Shown piece by piece: positions 12,330 to 26,958 of a stretch of DNA of 64,000 bases. A program made the translations under genes and the position numbers. Each line of letters opens with the position of its first letter. Position 1 is the stretch's first letter. This DNA comes from Takakia lepidozioides (taxonomy: Eukaryota > Plantae > Bryophyta): assembly GCA_030704615.1 (NCBI GenBank), contig CM060731.1, positions 76,384,001-76,448,000 on the forward strand. The letters run 5' to 3'. The notes beneath the pieces are model-generated. The model did not search any database. It saw nothing but the letters and a program-made list of their open reading frames with translations, and had not been told where the DNA came from.

Positions 12330-15300
12330 AAATTCTGGTTTTTAATGTTTGCGGCTGGGTGGTGCAGGAAGATCCGAAGGCATACTCCGACCATATTTAT
12401 GACTGTGTGGAGAAGATGCTGGTAGCTTGCAATGAGCGCAGCACTAGAGACAAGAGAAGTACATTGTGGGCATACAAGTTCTTTGATTCATCTCTCTCAC
12501 CAGCGGCATCCAGGTCTAAGATTAAAAGGCTTCTTGGTAAGCAACAGCCTCCTCTCGCATGCTTCAATATTGCAGAGGAAAATTTGAGGATGTTTGGCCC
12601 AACACTTTCCACACTAGCATGCAATTTGGCTCATCAGAAAGAGAATTGCCAGCAGGATATTGGCAAAGCCGAATTTGTGGTCCGTGCCCTACAAGAACTC
12701 CTGTCAGAATTCACTTGGGATTCTGTATCTCTGAGTGATGGATCTTCTGATGAGGAACAGGGAGGACAAAATGCATGGGTATCTGCTGGCAGAAATCCCT
12801 TGAAGATCAAAGAGAACATGGTTATGTTGTTTTCTCCATTTCCACTAGTTTGGAAGCAATTTTCAGGCTTTTTGAACAAGATTCCGCTTTCAGAATCAGT
12901 GACGGAACCTGATCTACTTAAATGTTTTTCAACAAAGCTCCAGCAGTTGCACGAAGCTTTCAAAATGCACAACATTCACACAGGCTGGATCAATATGCCT
13001 GTTATGTGCTCTTCCTCCCCAGGCCATGGACAGGATTCAGTTATTTCTTTGGAGCTGGAACGCAGAATTGATGGAGACAAAGTTAAGGCATTATTTAAAG
13101 AAGTCCACTGGGGCTATATGGCCCTAGACACCCTTACAAGTGTCTCCCATGGGATACCTTTGTCCCTACTCTGGCCTTCAATTGCATATCCTGCTCCTCA
13201 AATACAGCAGGAGCAGACCAAAGTCACTGCTAATCTCAGCATTGTCATGGAGGATCAAGATGCCCACCAATTCGGACCTGATCTGTGCAACGTGGAGATG
13301 GTTTCTCTGAGCACACCAGAATCTTTTGACATCAGTTTAAATAAGATACAGGTCAATGATCTGCTCGCCATGGGCGATCCAACCTTCAAACCCAGGGGAC
13401 CTGTATCCCGTCTGTCATCTAACACAAGCATAGTTGTTAAGGACCTTGTACTTAAGCAAAGGCTTGGGGTTAAACTTGGATCTTTGCTGTATCTTGTACA
13501 CGACACTGGGAAAGGAACGAAGAGAAAGAGGGAAGGGGAAGAGAATAATTACATCCACAGGAGGGAGACGGATGAGCATCTGGCTGGAGATCAAAAGAAA
13601 CAGCGATTGAGGGTAGAGCGTCACGCAGTCAAATCAGAGACAAGAGAGGAGTCCAGAAGTCGGTGGGCAGATGGGTTATTCCAGCAACAACAGCAGAAAC
13701 CAGAAGGTTTTGAAGATGGACTTTCGGCCTGGAAGCAACTTCTAATTGCCATGGCATGCAAACAAAGTGTTGCCAAGGCCAATGTTTATTTTGATGGCAT
13801 TTCTTTTTCAGCCATTCTTGAACCTATCACCACAGACTTCGCTGTATTGATTTTGGAGGACCAAGTGAATGAGCCTGCAAATTGTCTTCCCCTTCTGGAT
13901 TCTGGTAAGCAAAGTACTTGCCTACATGTCTTTGTGGAATCTGCAATCAAGACTCAAGGCTAGAAAGTACCTTCAAGTGTGCATTCATTGTGGAAGTGTC
14001 TTAAGATTAGGACCCTCGGGCACCCAGTGCAGGCCCAGCACTTCTCTTGATTGTTGTTTTAGTCTGTTGCCTCGTTGTTTGCTTTTACATTGATGCCAGA
14101 TTGATGCCATGACTCTCTCTGTGCATCAGTTACACTATCATCATCTGATTTACTGTGTCATGCTCAACAGGTTTATCAGTGCCAACAAATGTGCCTTTTA
14201 CCACAGGTGAATATGCAGAGACCTTCAAGGAGTTGGTATGTCTTGAAAGCTCTGCCATTCCCAACACACTCTCACCCCCTACCTCGGTTGAAGAAAAGCT
14301 AGAGCTGGAGGTGGAACCAACTTCGGAAAATGCCGAGGCCTACATCTCATCAATTCACCTGAAAGTTCAACGTTGTCTTGAATCCCCAGAGTTAGATATC
14401 CAAGACTTTGCAAAACGGATACTTTCTGCGGCCCGTTCGGCACTTCAGGTTCTGGAAAATAAAAACACTCAGCGAGAGTGTGAGATTGAGCGACCTACGC
14501 CTGAGTACCAGAAAAAAATTCATGCAGCTCTCAGCAGTGAACTTGATGTTCGGTTAACGGACCTTGAAAGCGCAAAAATTGACATGGGTCTTGCTGGCAG
14601 TGAGAGTCCTGAAAATGCTGGGCCAGGCTGTGTAAAAGGGGCCTTGGAAACTAAAGATAAAAGAAGTGACAATATCAAGGGGAGTAAGCCAGTTGCCTTG
14701 GAATTTGAGGGATTGCAAAGCGCTGCACTCTGTGTGGGAAGTGGCAATCTACAAACTGACAAGAGAACAACTGCTGATCTTTTTGACATGTGTACCTTGG
14801 ACGATGAGGGACACACAACTGAAAATGGGACCATTAAAGCAGAGGGAAGAGTGGCTGAGCATGTCAATACAAGGGGGGACGAAGCAATTGAGGTTGAAGA
14901 TGCTAAGATCCCTTACAATTCAGGGACCAAGAGTGAAGGCATACCAAGTGTAAATAAGGATATACCAATGCCAGACATTGAAAATTTGATTGCCTTTCAA
15001 TTGGCAGAGAAGCTCTTGCGCAAACCAAGAGAGCTGGCTTGGGAGTACAAGGACTGCCGGCCCTGTCCATCACTAGCAAAAAAGGACGACTCCGCGACCC
15101 AAGAAAACCAGGTGGCTCCCACTGTCAGGGAGAAAGTCAGAGTGTATCCTTTCTGCAGTTATCTTCATCTTTACCTGCTACTGACACAATTGAGCTCTGG
15201 ACATCTGCATGCTTCTGTACCTTCTCTGTGTGCTCGAAGTTCTTTCAGATGGAAGTCCCATTTGGCCTTCTCTTTTGGGTGAACCTACCATTTTAAATGC

Positions 15301-18300
15301 AAAGTACACAGGCACCCATAAAAGAAAAGTATTTGAGTGGTCATCCTGGGATTCGCCCTTCATTTAACTCTTGTGTTGAAAGCTGCAGAAAAAAACTGCC
15401 AGTTACTAATTTCCATGCACTGCCGACCTTCTTTTTGAGCTGCAGTGCCAACGTAGCCCATATGCTAAATGCTACTGGAAATCGAAGAGAGTGAGAATGC
15501 CAAGCCCAGCTAGGTTGTCACTTTGATCTCGAATGCTCTCGAGATGTGCTCCCTGACCAGCTACACAGATATGAACTACAGATAATATTACGTTTGGAGT
15601 TGATTGAAATGGACAATGGTGGGCCCCTAGAGAGACGAAAGAAGAAGTTTGTGGAGGATATTACTCAGCTTTTGGATGACATTCAGTTCAATCTAGATGG
15701 CACAGAGAACCTTCTTGATTACAGCATCCGAGTTATTCATGCCAGGTTAGCGCCCTCAACCTCACCGTGCTTCTGAATCTGTCAGTGGCATAGGCCTGAC
15801 ATAGCTTGGAAAATCTTTTAAGCCAAAAATTCCAAAATTGATGTATTAGTAAAAAACCAGGAATATTGTTGAATTCAAGGGGTAAGGCTGGCCTGGCAGG
15901 ATTTGAACAAGTTTGCTTACCCATGCTCTGTAACTTCAACTTAAGTAACGAATATGTCGAAGACCAAACATAGTTTGATCTCACATAGTAAACCTGTTTT
16001 GATGTCAAGATAGAAATTGCATAGCACCGTATAGACTTTTGTAAGTGGCTTGTTTTTTTCACTGCAAGCTTCAACCGACTTTAGTTGCCAGTTATGAAGC
16101 TAAATGAGTAGAGCTGACCCATCTCAAGTAGGAAATGGGAACATGACACTAAGGCTAGTGGAACCAACACAGGAGAGCAAAGAAGGGGGGGTTGACTGAG
16201 TGCAATTTATGCACACATATAGACCACATTTTTGTCGACATGAAAGATCTGCACCTTAAACTATCCAGTACAGGTCTATAGCATTGGTTGTTTTCATTGT
16301 CTACAGTATCTTTGTTGGCAAAACTTTGGGTGAGAGCTGAGGACATTCTTGTCTTGCCGTGTTTGAAGATACAAGGAAAGCCTTCCGCAGACTGTCGATG
16401 AGATCTTTGACATCATGGAGTTCAATGGATACGGCAAGTCCACTTTCAATTCAGAGCCCAGAGTTGGGCAGCAGGAGGCTGGTGTGGCACCGCAAACTGC
16501 AATGACATTGGTCAGTAGCTTTCTTTCTCTTTCGGTCGATCACACAGTTCAAACAGCATGTACGCTGTCCTGTGTTTTTTGGTTGTCAATATCGACAGGA
16601 TACTCTCTCCTTCCTTTTAAAGAGAATAAAAGCAGAGCGAGTAAAGAGTAGTAGCCTTCAAAGCAGTTAAGATAAAGTACTTTTACCTCGAGAGAGCTTT
16701 GAAAGCAGCAAAGATTTGGGATGTTGGCAAAATCGGAATGATTAGTTGCACTTTCTCAAATCACAGGGAGCCGAGGACTTTGAAACGTCAGTGGACAACA
16801 CAAATTTGCATTTGTCAAGCGCAGCAGCTGCATTGGAAAAGTTGCAGAAATTCTATCATAAGCAAACTCCAAAAACAAGACATGGAGTGGGTGGGCAACG
16901 TACTACACCCAAAAGTCTCCAGTTGTCTCTTTTTGTTCTTTGGTCTGTTTCAGCTTTGTTGAGGTTGATTGGTGATCCCAGCCACTGGCCATGGGAAAAC
17001 AGGGTGGACTTCTGGCTGGTGCCTACCACTGTTTCATGGCAGCCACCAGAAAGGCTGTCAGCAAGTCTAGAACATCTTTGTGGATGACTTTTGCCTCCTG
17101 ATTGTTTAATACAGATTATGTAGGTCATGAAAAACAAGGGAGATGTCAAGTATAGTTCGTGTCAGAGGAAGACAAGTTATAAGACCAAGGCAGAGATTCA
17201 TCTGCCTGCTAGTCATGAATAAACGTTTCTACTGTTGCTAAGCCCTACTGTGTGCATTCAGGAAGTTCCAACTGTCTAAAGCAAAGGTTTTTGGTTATAT
17301 TCTGTGGCTAGGGTCAAGATGTATAACCTTACCTTTGGTCATTTGTAATCATGGGTAGGTGTTTCATCCAAGAGAGCAAGGAAACCAGTCCTTGACGCGC
17401 TCACAAGAGCACAGGAGAAGAGGGAACAGGCCAGCAGGCTTGCCCATTTTGGGTGCCCAGCTGAAAAGTTTAAAGTGAAGAAGACCAGACTTCAAAGCCA
17501 GTGTGTGAAGAAGCTGCCCAAGGACAGGGGCGCTGTGTCCTCACAATGCAAGGAACTCAACGGTAATGTTGTGCTTGAAACCCCTATGATAAGAGGTTCT
17601 GTCTCTTATGTAGAGTCACTCTGTGCACGGGTAGTAGAGTCTTCCGGAAGGCATGGATTTAGGACTCCAGCACGTCGCTCTAGACCGAATCAATCTGCCT
17701 CAAGGAAACGGCGCCTGTTGCTCAGCAGTCAGATTAAGAAAGTAGCACCCAGGGTTGGAGTGCCCCGATCAGCTTTCCCAACATCAAATGTCAGAAGAAT
17801 ATGGGGAAAGGGCAGTGCAGTTCACCGGCATGCTACATATTCAGTGCCAAGAGCATCACCTACACGTGCTGGAGTAGGGGAACAAAGAATGGCACCACCA
17901 CAACCTGTGTCAGGTCAAGTTCATTCTGAATTGCACACAGCTACCCATGACAACACAATTGGATTGCCTACAGCGGGTTCGACAGTTCCGTCTCCCTCTT
18001 CTAAGAAAGTACGTCAAGATTGGGCAATGGCCATATCTCAAAGCGGATGGCCAGATGAGGTTGACATGGGCAAGGTCACAGCAAGAAAACTTGCACCTCC
18101 TTCCCCAATGTCTGCAGCTGATGGATGTGCTCTGATGATATTCAAAAGTGGGGAACAGGCTGAGAACGGTCAGTGATCTTTTTCCCAAAAGTCTAGTTCG
18201 ACTCTTGCAGTGTTTTATGATAGTCCACTGGATTTTGTTCAGACTTTTGACTCTACAGTTGTGTGCCATGTGTAGTAATGCCGGTGGAGGATGGACGAAA

Positions 18301-19132
18301 GGTCATATGTAATACGGAGGGAATATCAAGCTGTCCAGTCACTACTTTCTCACCCAATGTTCTGAATCCCCTATCCAGAGAGTCATCTGAGGCAGAGCCT
18401 ATCATTGCAGCTCAAAGGACTGTAGAGAGTATTGTAGAATCAAGGGATATCAGGAATTCTGAGAGCTGTGATGCCAATGCTTTAGAGGCAGGATGTATAG
18501 GTGGGTCACTTACACGAAAGTCTCCAAGAACCACCAGAAAGGACACAGAGCCAACTCTCTTTCTCCCACCCCAGTGCTTATCTGTGTCCAAGAGTCCAGC
18601 TTTGCCTTGCAAGGGCAGACATCTTAACACCATTGGAGTTAGGGATGTCACATTTGTAGAGCGTGACAAAGTGATGGATGTGGAGAAACATATGCACAGA
18701 TCAGCCAACAAGACACCCAAGAAACATCTACCCGGTAAAGCCAGCAAGGACAACCCAGTAAGTCCCTCTCTGCCAGACGTAGGTGGTGAAACTCAAGAGA
18801 GCCCTACCTTATTTTCCCGACAAAAGAGTAGCAAGCGTAATGTACCACAAGAAGGTGCCGAAGCTTCCTCTAAAGCAGCCAAAAAGGTCCGCCAGAGGAT
18901 GTCATCTCTGCTGGAGTCTTCTGCAAACGAAACAATAAAGGTGAAGGAGCTTATCGAGCTATGTGGAGTAGAGGGTCTCAGAAGCAAGAAAATAGGTCAA
19001 GCAGCACGGGATGGTGAGGTTGGAATTCCCATGAAAGGCAAGGTGAATCGGCCTCCAAACTGCCAAACACAAACCAGAAATTCTTTTGAAGGTACTCTTC
19101 TATCTAAGTCCACCGTCATCTTGGTGTGGTGA
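12330..19132 (+). CDS. TICRR: Treslin/TICRR-like DNA replication initiation factor (multi-exon; true start not located)
   Basis: N-terminal LWAYKFFDSSLSP resembles plant Treslin_N. Central exons YELQIILRLELIE..KKKFVEDITQLLDDIQF..HAR and YKESLPQTVDEIFDIM, plus LTRAQEKREQASRLAHF, resemble the plant Treslin STD region; S/T-P-rich tail. Approximate exons: 12330-13904, 14208-15143, 15570-15745, 16369-16510, 16767-~16870, 17359-18168, 18259-19132. Confidence 0.72.
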
Positions 19133-22100
19133 TTGATTCGTGGGTTGAAGTAATTGCATGTATACTTGTGTACATCTCTTCCTCTCTTTGCCCAGCTGAA
19201 GTGACCGTAGCAAGCTGTGTTAGGGAGGATTTTCTTACGCTCCCACCACACCTCTCTCTGACTCGGGCACTACAACACATACTCATACTCAGGCCATTGA
19301 CATATCCAGATCATCTTCGTTCAGGTTCTCCAGCTAGGAGCAGGACACGGGGTACAGCTATTCTGCAATTTCCCAGAAAACCTCTTAGACCTTTAAAGGT
19401 CAAAACAGACCGATGGAAGTCAATAACGTAAAACCTAATTGCTGGTATTGTATCAAAGACCCTGTTCTGTCCTGGGATGAGATGCGTGGTGTTGATGGGA
19501 TCCACTTGCAAGTTGTTTCCAAAGTATGTTACCGTCATGTCACTATTGATCCATCTTTGATATGAGGCTTCTGCCAAGTCTCCTTTATCTCGTCTGAAAT
19601 ATCTTAACCATAGTTTTGTCACCAAGTAGAATGGCTTGTGAGTGATAGCACTCTCCAATGTTTCCTTGAGGAATATTTTTGACACTGTGACTGTAGCTGA
19701 TGTCCTGGAGAAACCGAAGGACTGGCCTAAAGCAATACAATTATTTGTGTTTCAAAAGCTTGACTCTGGAGCCAATGACACAGGACATATTACATGCAAA
19801 GTTGTACATGACAGAATGTGGATGGCTTTCTATTTTCTCTCCAACGTCTCTCTTTCAGATCTTAGTCCAGAAAGAGGATGAACAAATATTCTTGAGGATG
19901 GCATGCCCCCCTGCCTCTCTTGCTGTGGCTTTCTGGTCTATAGCCACAAAGCTAGGGATTTGCAAGTCTTTGGGCATCCCATTCCGTTGTAGTAAATTGA
20001 CTTGTGGATTCGAAATACACAATCAAATTCACCAATATTTAGTGAATAGGATTGTTATATGACCAGGAGATTATTGCCTTGAGTGAGTCAGAACAAGGAT
20101 TCTCAGTTGTCTTGTAAAGATGATGAGGGGAAAGAGAACTCCATATGAAGAAAAACCTCCCTGCTAGTCGCAGGCCACTGTTCAAATGGCTGCTTTACGA
20201 TTCTTGGCTCATTGATTTGCTGATGACATTGACCTACAGCACACTGAGGCAGTGTAGGCCAAGACATAATGCTTTACTGCGTACTATCTGCCATGAAAGT
20301 GACATATTATCCAAGTGGTTGTGTTTGTAGGCAGGGCAAGTCGTGGAAGCGTATCTCACGCGTTGCCTTCACACGACCTTATATTCTGAAATGTTGCAAA
20401 TCACTTTTCAAAGAGTCAAGTAATGTCATCTGCATATGAAGGGTGGAACATGGCTGGTACAGAATATCAATAGGTTGATCAGTCAGGCTGAGAATGAAGG
20501 ACGACCACACGAAGAGCTCTGATTGGCTGCTTGACACTAAAAAGTTCTGTGTGGACTGAAGCAATGCCCCAATGCTACGAGATGTTCATGAGCTCATGTG
20601 ACAAACAAGAACCATGTACTTTACTGAACCGTCACCAATGTCAAATGATCATGTATAGCTGGATTATGCTCCATAGCGAAAAACTATAGATGTTATGAGA
20701 GAGGCCATTTGACACGAAAATAGTGCTTCTTTAGTGTTAGTGTTTGGGTAGGAAGATGGTGACAAATTGTAGCCCTGTTTTGACTAGAAGTTTGGCTGTA
20801 ACTGACCTAGGTGAGAAGTAGGATATGTATGCTTCAATTGTCATCAGTTCCTCAGTGACAATTTACCTCAATCGACTCAAGGTAAATTTCCACATAACTA
20901 ATGTACAGCCAGTACCATTGTGGTCACAGTGAACTGGCGGTTGAAATACAGACTGGTATAGTTACCAAGGTAGAAAACACCTAGAGGATTCCACCACTCC
21001 TACTAGCTTCCATCATTGACAGTGTGATTTAACACAACAGTAGAATTTCCTTCACCATCAAGCATGGACTGAAGAACAATTATCTCGTCTTCCTCCTCCC
21101 GAGCTCTTTCTATATCCGCTGAACACATTGGTTTGAGTGAACAAGAGGTTCCTCACTCGAACTCGGGAAGGGCTTTGGTCACTATCGAGTGCACCGCCAC
21201 CTCCTTCAACTGGCTACTTCCAAACAACCACGCCATGAAGTCTGCATCAGACTCATTCGTAAAATCTCAGTCCTAGGTTCGGGGGAATCTCCTTATCCGA
21301 CCATAAAGCTTCATTACTCAAGTCTGCTGATTCCTCGTCTTTGTATTCGTATTCTGGGACATGATTAGGTGTGACGCCAGGGACTACTCCTGACGAAGCT
21401 CCCTCAACAGAATATACTCCACAAACCAAGGCTTACAAACTACCAGTGTGCAGGGTCGTCCCAACTCTAAGAATTGACGTTTATCTACTGGATTTTCCGC
21501 CAAATGTTGCTCGGACTAATATCAAAAAATTCTCTGATGGAATCAAGGAGATTAAGAAATTGAAGATGGAGATGACAAAAGTGAGTAAACATGGCATGAT
21601 ATAGTCTTGCAAAGCCAGCTGCAAATGACTGGCTTTGCAAATGACAACTGTTTTTTAATGAATGTCCTAAAATCAAGCAGTGGTTCTGCTCAATCTACTG
21701 CAGGTGGAAGAAATTAATGTTGTATTTCTGAACGATTGATATTGTACAACACGCAAAATATGTATTTCAATTTATTCTCGTGGATTTTCAATAAACCATT
21801 GCTCGCAAAAAAATTCTCTCATCAACTTCACCTTCTCTCAAAGTAGGCAATCTTGATGTACCGAAATCTGATAATTTGCCTCTAACAATGTCAGATCGCC
21901 ATATCTAGGCTCAGGCATGCCCCACAATATGCTTGTAGCCACCAACAATCCGTCCATGTTTTAGGCAGGGTGTGAAGATTGTAGCCACTTAGTTACAACT
22001 TACTATGAAGTGAGAGGCACACAACTTTAGACAAATTAGGTGCGTACATCCTGATGCTGTTGTATATGGCTATTTTCTTAAAACTTTTGATGGTGCAAAA

Positions 22101-22149
22101 ATGATTCTAGTACATAGTAAGAGAGTTTATAATTACAAATTTTATTTTC

Positions 22150-23630
22150 TAAGGGGGCCTGCTTGGAGAGCCCACCAAAAGGAGGCGTAATAAAATGGAA
22201 CCCTTACCCTCCTTATATAGTCTTTGGAGGCGGTGGTGGAGCCTTCTAGAAGGGGGCCCATTGCTGTTTCTGGAAGGTGGCCCCATCCCATCCTCTATAT
22301 AAAAAACCAGTGTCTACCTCCCACCGGACCCCCTGCTTCTACGCGTACAGGTGTGTGCAACGTGTGGAGCCATTTCCCTCCTCTCCAAGCCTCCCGTCAG
22401 CCCCACTGATTGGCTCTTCCCACAGTGTCGCGTTGCCTAACCTGCAACTCTTCCCCCAATTGATCATGGGTACTATAGGATGGCTATCAATTAAATGAGA
22501 ACAAACAAGGACGAGTAAGGAGCTCCAACAGCGTGGACACACTTAAGGATCTGATTGCAAGGGCTGCAAGTCTCAACAGGTTTGATAAGGTCAGTTTCGT
22601 TGTTTACGATCTGGAAGAGTGTCAAGGGGGTTATTGAGATTTCTTTTAATTGTTGGATGGTCGAGCGTCAAACTTTATTAATAAAGTATAGAAAGTTTGA
22701 AAAGTGGGTACCGCAAGAGTTGCAGAAATGACAACCGAGAGTCAGCCTACTGCAGGTTGCTATACAAGAAGCCACCAGTCACTAAAATGCATGGTGAGTG
22801 TCACTAAATCTGTGAACAAGTGGAATAGTTGAAGACACAAGTTACAAGCAACTAGTCAGTTGCTTCTCACCGGACCGACATATTAGTAGAAGTATCTATA
22901 AACTGGAACTAGAACTATCTAAAAAGTCAGCTAGAACTAGAACTATCTAGAAAAGCCCACGCTAGAAAGTCAATCCTTAATTTTTGGACCCTTCATTTCA
23001 TTAAATAATACAAGTGGCTTTAATACATTGGCCCCCTCTTTTAACTCCTGGACCAGCTAATTCCTGGACCACTCTAGAATTAACCGGGCCAAAATGAAAC
23101 TGCTCTACATATTCACTTAATTCTATTAATTGATTGATTCATGTTTGTTGTTTGCTGTTTTTTTGTTGTTTGTTGTTTTTTTTGGGGGGCCCTGCCTTTG
23201 CAGAGCCCACTATTTACTAATTTAGTGGGTAGTAAGTTAGTAGGTAGTAAGAGGGGGGTCCCTTATATACCCTCTCATGGCGGTGGGACCCTTCTAGAAG
23301 CCCACCGACCCTGGGACCTTCTAGAAGGCCTTGGACACATGTCAACCCTACAAGACTCCCTATTCTAAATTTAGCCAATTCCTCCCTTCTTTTTTTGGAC
23401 CCCCTCATCTCATTCCTTAATACATGTGGCCTTCCTACATAGGCGCCCCACTCTAATTCCTGGGCCACAGTAATTCCTGGACCACTCTAGAATCAGGGCC
23501 CGAATGAAACTGCTCTACATATTTGGACCCTTCATTCCATTCCTTAATACACGTGGCCTTACTAGATTAGCCCCCCCTTTTTAATTCTTGGACCACGCTA
23601 ATTCTAGCGACGACCTAAGGTCGGAAGCTA
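22150..23630 (+). repeat. Dispersed and tandem repeat cluster, unclassified non-autonomous TE
   Basis: 22150-22260 resembles 23185-23305. Three related ~100-120 bp units (tttggaccc..ttccttaata..gtggc..aattcctggaccactctagaat) at ~22983, ~23393 and ~23522. Ends with a CGACC-TAA-GGTCG hairpin then GCTAG|T. Confidence 0.5.
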
Positions 23631-24029
23631 GTTTAGCGTAGTCGCCACGTTTCGTCGTCAAATTTCGTCAATCTGCCTAGACTGCCCGCCCGAAATACGC
23701 TAATAGAAATTGTCGCGCCAACGTTTTCGGAACTGCCCGAAATGCCCGGATCTTGATCTTCTTGATCTGCGTTATCCGCCATCGTTCATCTTGCAAGCTG
23801 CAAGCTCTCAACGAATTGAGGAAAGCCATGCTGAGCTGAAGACTTGCTGAAGAGATTGTCTTAGCAGATGAAGGATCAAGCAAATGATGGCGGAAGGGTG
23901 TCGTTTTTTCTTAATGTACGATCTGAAGAAGTTTGTATATCTTGTAAAGGTGGGCTCTTGGCTCCTGTCAATACCATGATTTGGTATTGACAATCATGGC
24001 CGCGCAGGTTGAGTGGAGGTGGCAGAGGA

Positions 24030-25290
24030 CTTCATGCACAAAATGACAATCGAACCAGCTGCTTGGTGGGACAAACGAGGCAAAAAGGTGAATGCCTGTA
24101 GATTACCAGATGTCATTCTGAAGGTTGCACACACAAACTGCACACACAAGAAGTTCTTTAGGATTGATGTTCGGTGAAATCCTCCATGGGTCATGATAGA
24201 AGGTCAAAGACAATGTGGTGAGTGCACCTTCTTCTTCAACCTATTTCTGTCTGTTTTACCCTCTCATCACACTCGGCCTTGAGATGCATATTGAACTCTG
24301 TAAGTTAGCTTGTTGGGTGGATCTGTGGTGGTTAGGAGTGACTTTGACAAGTTACTGCTGATGTTGAATTCTGCAAGTTAGCTGATTGATAGTTTGGAGT
24401 GACTTTGACATGATACTGCCAATGTGACACAGGAAAGTATCCAAAAACAGGTAAACAGAGATGAGGAGAAGCTGTGGGATGAATATTTTTATGACCCCAC
24501 CCAATGGTGGGACAAACGAGGCAAAAGGTGAATGCCTACAGATTACAAGATGTCATTTTGAAGGCTTCAGGCACAAGCTGCACACACACAAGCCGGTCTT
24601 TTACGGTTGATGTTCGGTCAAATCCTCCATGGGTCATGACAGAAGGTCAAGGACAATGTGGTGAGGGCACCTTCTTTTTCAACCTATTTCTGTCTGTTTT
24701 ACCCTCTCATCAGATTCGGCCCTAAGATGCATATTGAACTCTATAAATTAGCTCGTTGGGTGGATCTGTGGTGGTTAGGAGTGACTTTGACAAGTTATTG
24801 CCGATGTGGCAGCAGGAAAGTATCCAAAAACAGATAACATAGATGAGGAGAAGGCACCTTCTTCAACACATTTCACCCTGTTTTCCCCTCTTATCAGAAT
24901 CTGCCCTAAATTTCCATGTTGAATTCTGCAAGTTAGCTGTGAGTGAACCTTTAATGGTAGTTTGGAGTGACTTTGACATGATACTGCCAATGTGACACAG
25001 GAAAGTATCCAAAAACATGTAAATAGAGATGAGGAGAAGTTGTGGGATGAATACTTTTCTAACCCCAGCCAATGGTGGGACAACCAAGGCAAAAATGTGA
25101 ATGCATGTTAGATTACTAGATGTCATTCTGAATGCTGCAGACTCAACCCTGAGATGCATATTGAATTTTGTAAGTTAGTTCGTTGGGTGGATCTATGGTG
25201 GTTAGGAGTGACTTTAACAAGTTACTGCCAATGTGGCAGCAGGAAAGTAACCAAAAACAGATAACATGGATGAGGAGAAGGCACCTTCTA
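24030..25290 (+). pseudogene. Tandemly duplicated fragments of an OSB-like (organellar ssDNA-binding, PDF-motif) gene
   Basis: EEKLWDEYFYDPTQWWDKRGK and EEKLWDEYFSNPSQWWDNQGK, plus RLPDVILK..NPPWV, match the OSB PDF motif (LWxxFFxNPxxWWDNRxxK..PDF..PPWV). Copies carry stops, frameshifts and repeated intron pieces. Confidence 0.6.
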
Positions 25291-25593
25291 TACACATTTC
25301 ACCCCGTTTCAAGAAGCAATAGGTTTGTGTTCTCCCACTGTGTGTAAGCTCAAATCTGTGGTGACCGAGTAGCCTAGCTACAGAGTGCAAGTGATTTGAT
25401 GGTTCATGGGGTAGAGAGGCATCAGACCTGTAAGCCAATGCACAGGCAATACTATATGCATCAAGCTCATTTTGAAAACTATTCTGCTTCACAAATAGTT
25501 AAACCTTCTGAAATGTTTCCTCCAGCTTACATCAAGTGGCTTGCATGTGGGAAGTTGTGAAATGAAAAGATGAAATGGGTGGTTTCTTTTTCA

Positions 25594-25742
25594 GAGCCAG
25601 GATATTTGTGGTGACGGCAAGTGGATTTTTCCATAGGTGGTGCATCATTGTGGGTCCAGGACAGGAGGGCACGTGCACATTGGAGCATGAATGTGCCCTC
25701 TTGAGAAGCACTTATGATCAAATCTCTACATTAGCATACAAG
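25594..25742 (+). pseudogene. Isolated exon resembling the ATG18/WIPI C-terminus
   Basis: ag|ARIFVVTASGFFHRW..GPGQEGTCTLEHECALL..|gt resembles the last blade of ATG18 (VVTxxGxF..GGECxL..ExxLL); no other exons seen. Confidence 0.35.
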
Positions 25743-26731
25743 GTAAATATGCGATAGCACTTCACTACCGAGAGTAAATTTGATGCAAGGTGGGAGGACT
25801 GGAGGTTTCAATAGAATGTCATGCATTGCTTGGATCAGATTTATTCACTAGACTTGAAGTCCAAGTATGTGTCTGCACATACCAGCTCGCAAGCGCTTAC
25901 ACCCGTTTGGAGATGTTAAAGTAGACTTGTGCATTCACCACGCACAGGTTGATAGCCAGAGTTCAATCCATTTCCTGAGTAGGGGCAGCCTGTTACCTGT
26001 CATTGGTGCAATCCTTCTTCACTCTGTCAGTCACAGAATTGCATCTTTGCAGCGGCATAGCAGTTCCTCTGAGATACACCTTAGTCGCCATGAGTTTTAC
26101 ACAGGGTATTCGAGTCCGCGCGGGCCTAGAGCTGTCATGGGTATCAACAATCAAGGCAAAGAAGGGACTACAAGCAGATTTCTGAGGATTTCTTAGTAGG
26201 CCCATTGACTAGATGTGATCTTGACCCTCAACCAGCAACTTGTTTATATTTGTAGATGTCTTCACATTGCAGAAAATGTACAAAGTTTGTGGGCATGATA
26301 AATGCTTGGCAAATGCCATATAAGATGAAGCCCCGAATCCAATTTACATTTTGTAACAAAGTGTATCAGGCTCCCTTCTCTGCATGCCACATCAGATATA
26401 GGCTGGTTGCACCTGTGATTCTGTACTTGACATCACCTACATTATGCACCAGGCGTCATTGTTTTGGAGCAGAATGGTTGGTGTCTTTGTTTTCTCTCTC
26501 TCTCTCTCTGTGTTCCACGCATAAGGCGTTTGTTGTAGCATTGTGGCCATAGACCCCAAAGCCAGTTTGGACGGAACAGAGACTACATGAGCACATTCTC
26601 TCTCTCCCTGCCCACATGGTGGCCTACTAAATGGATGAACTTGAAGATAAATGTCTCTCTGTGAGTTCAACATGATGTGTTGTGGACCACACTACAATCA
26701 GCCTTATGACACTATTCTTGTTGCAACACGT

Positions 26732-26958
26732 GGTCCACTGGACCGGCCCACATGAATAAGGATTGCTCTAGGGGCAGCAAGGGGGCTGGCTTACTTGCAT
26801 GAGGACTCTCAGCCTTGTGTGATCCACAAAGATTTTAAGGCATCTAATATTTTGCTAAAGTATAACTTCAATGCCAAGGTAGCAGATTTTGGACTTGCTA
26901 AGTTGGCACCTGAAGGCCAGAGCCATTATGTATCAATGCATGTGATGGGCACTTTTGG
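26732..26958 (+). pseudogene. Receptor-like kinase exon fragment (PERK/ALE2/extensin-like type)
   Basis: [61 protein letters not shown]|gt: in-frame stop, HRD changed to HKD, single exon only. Confidence 0.85.
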
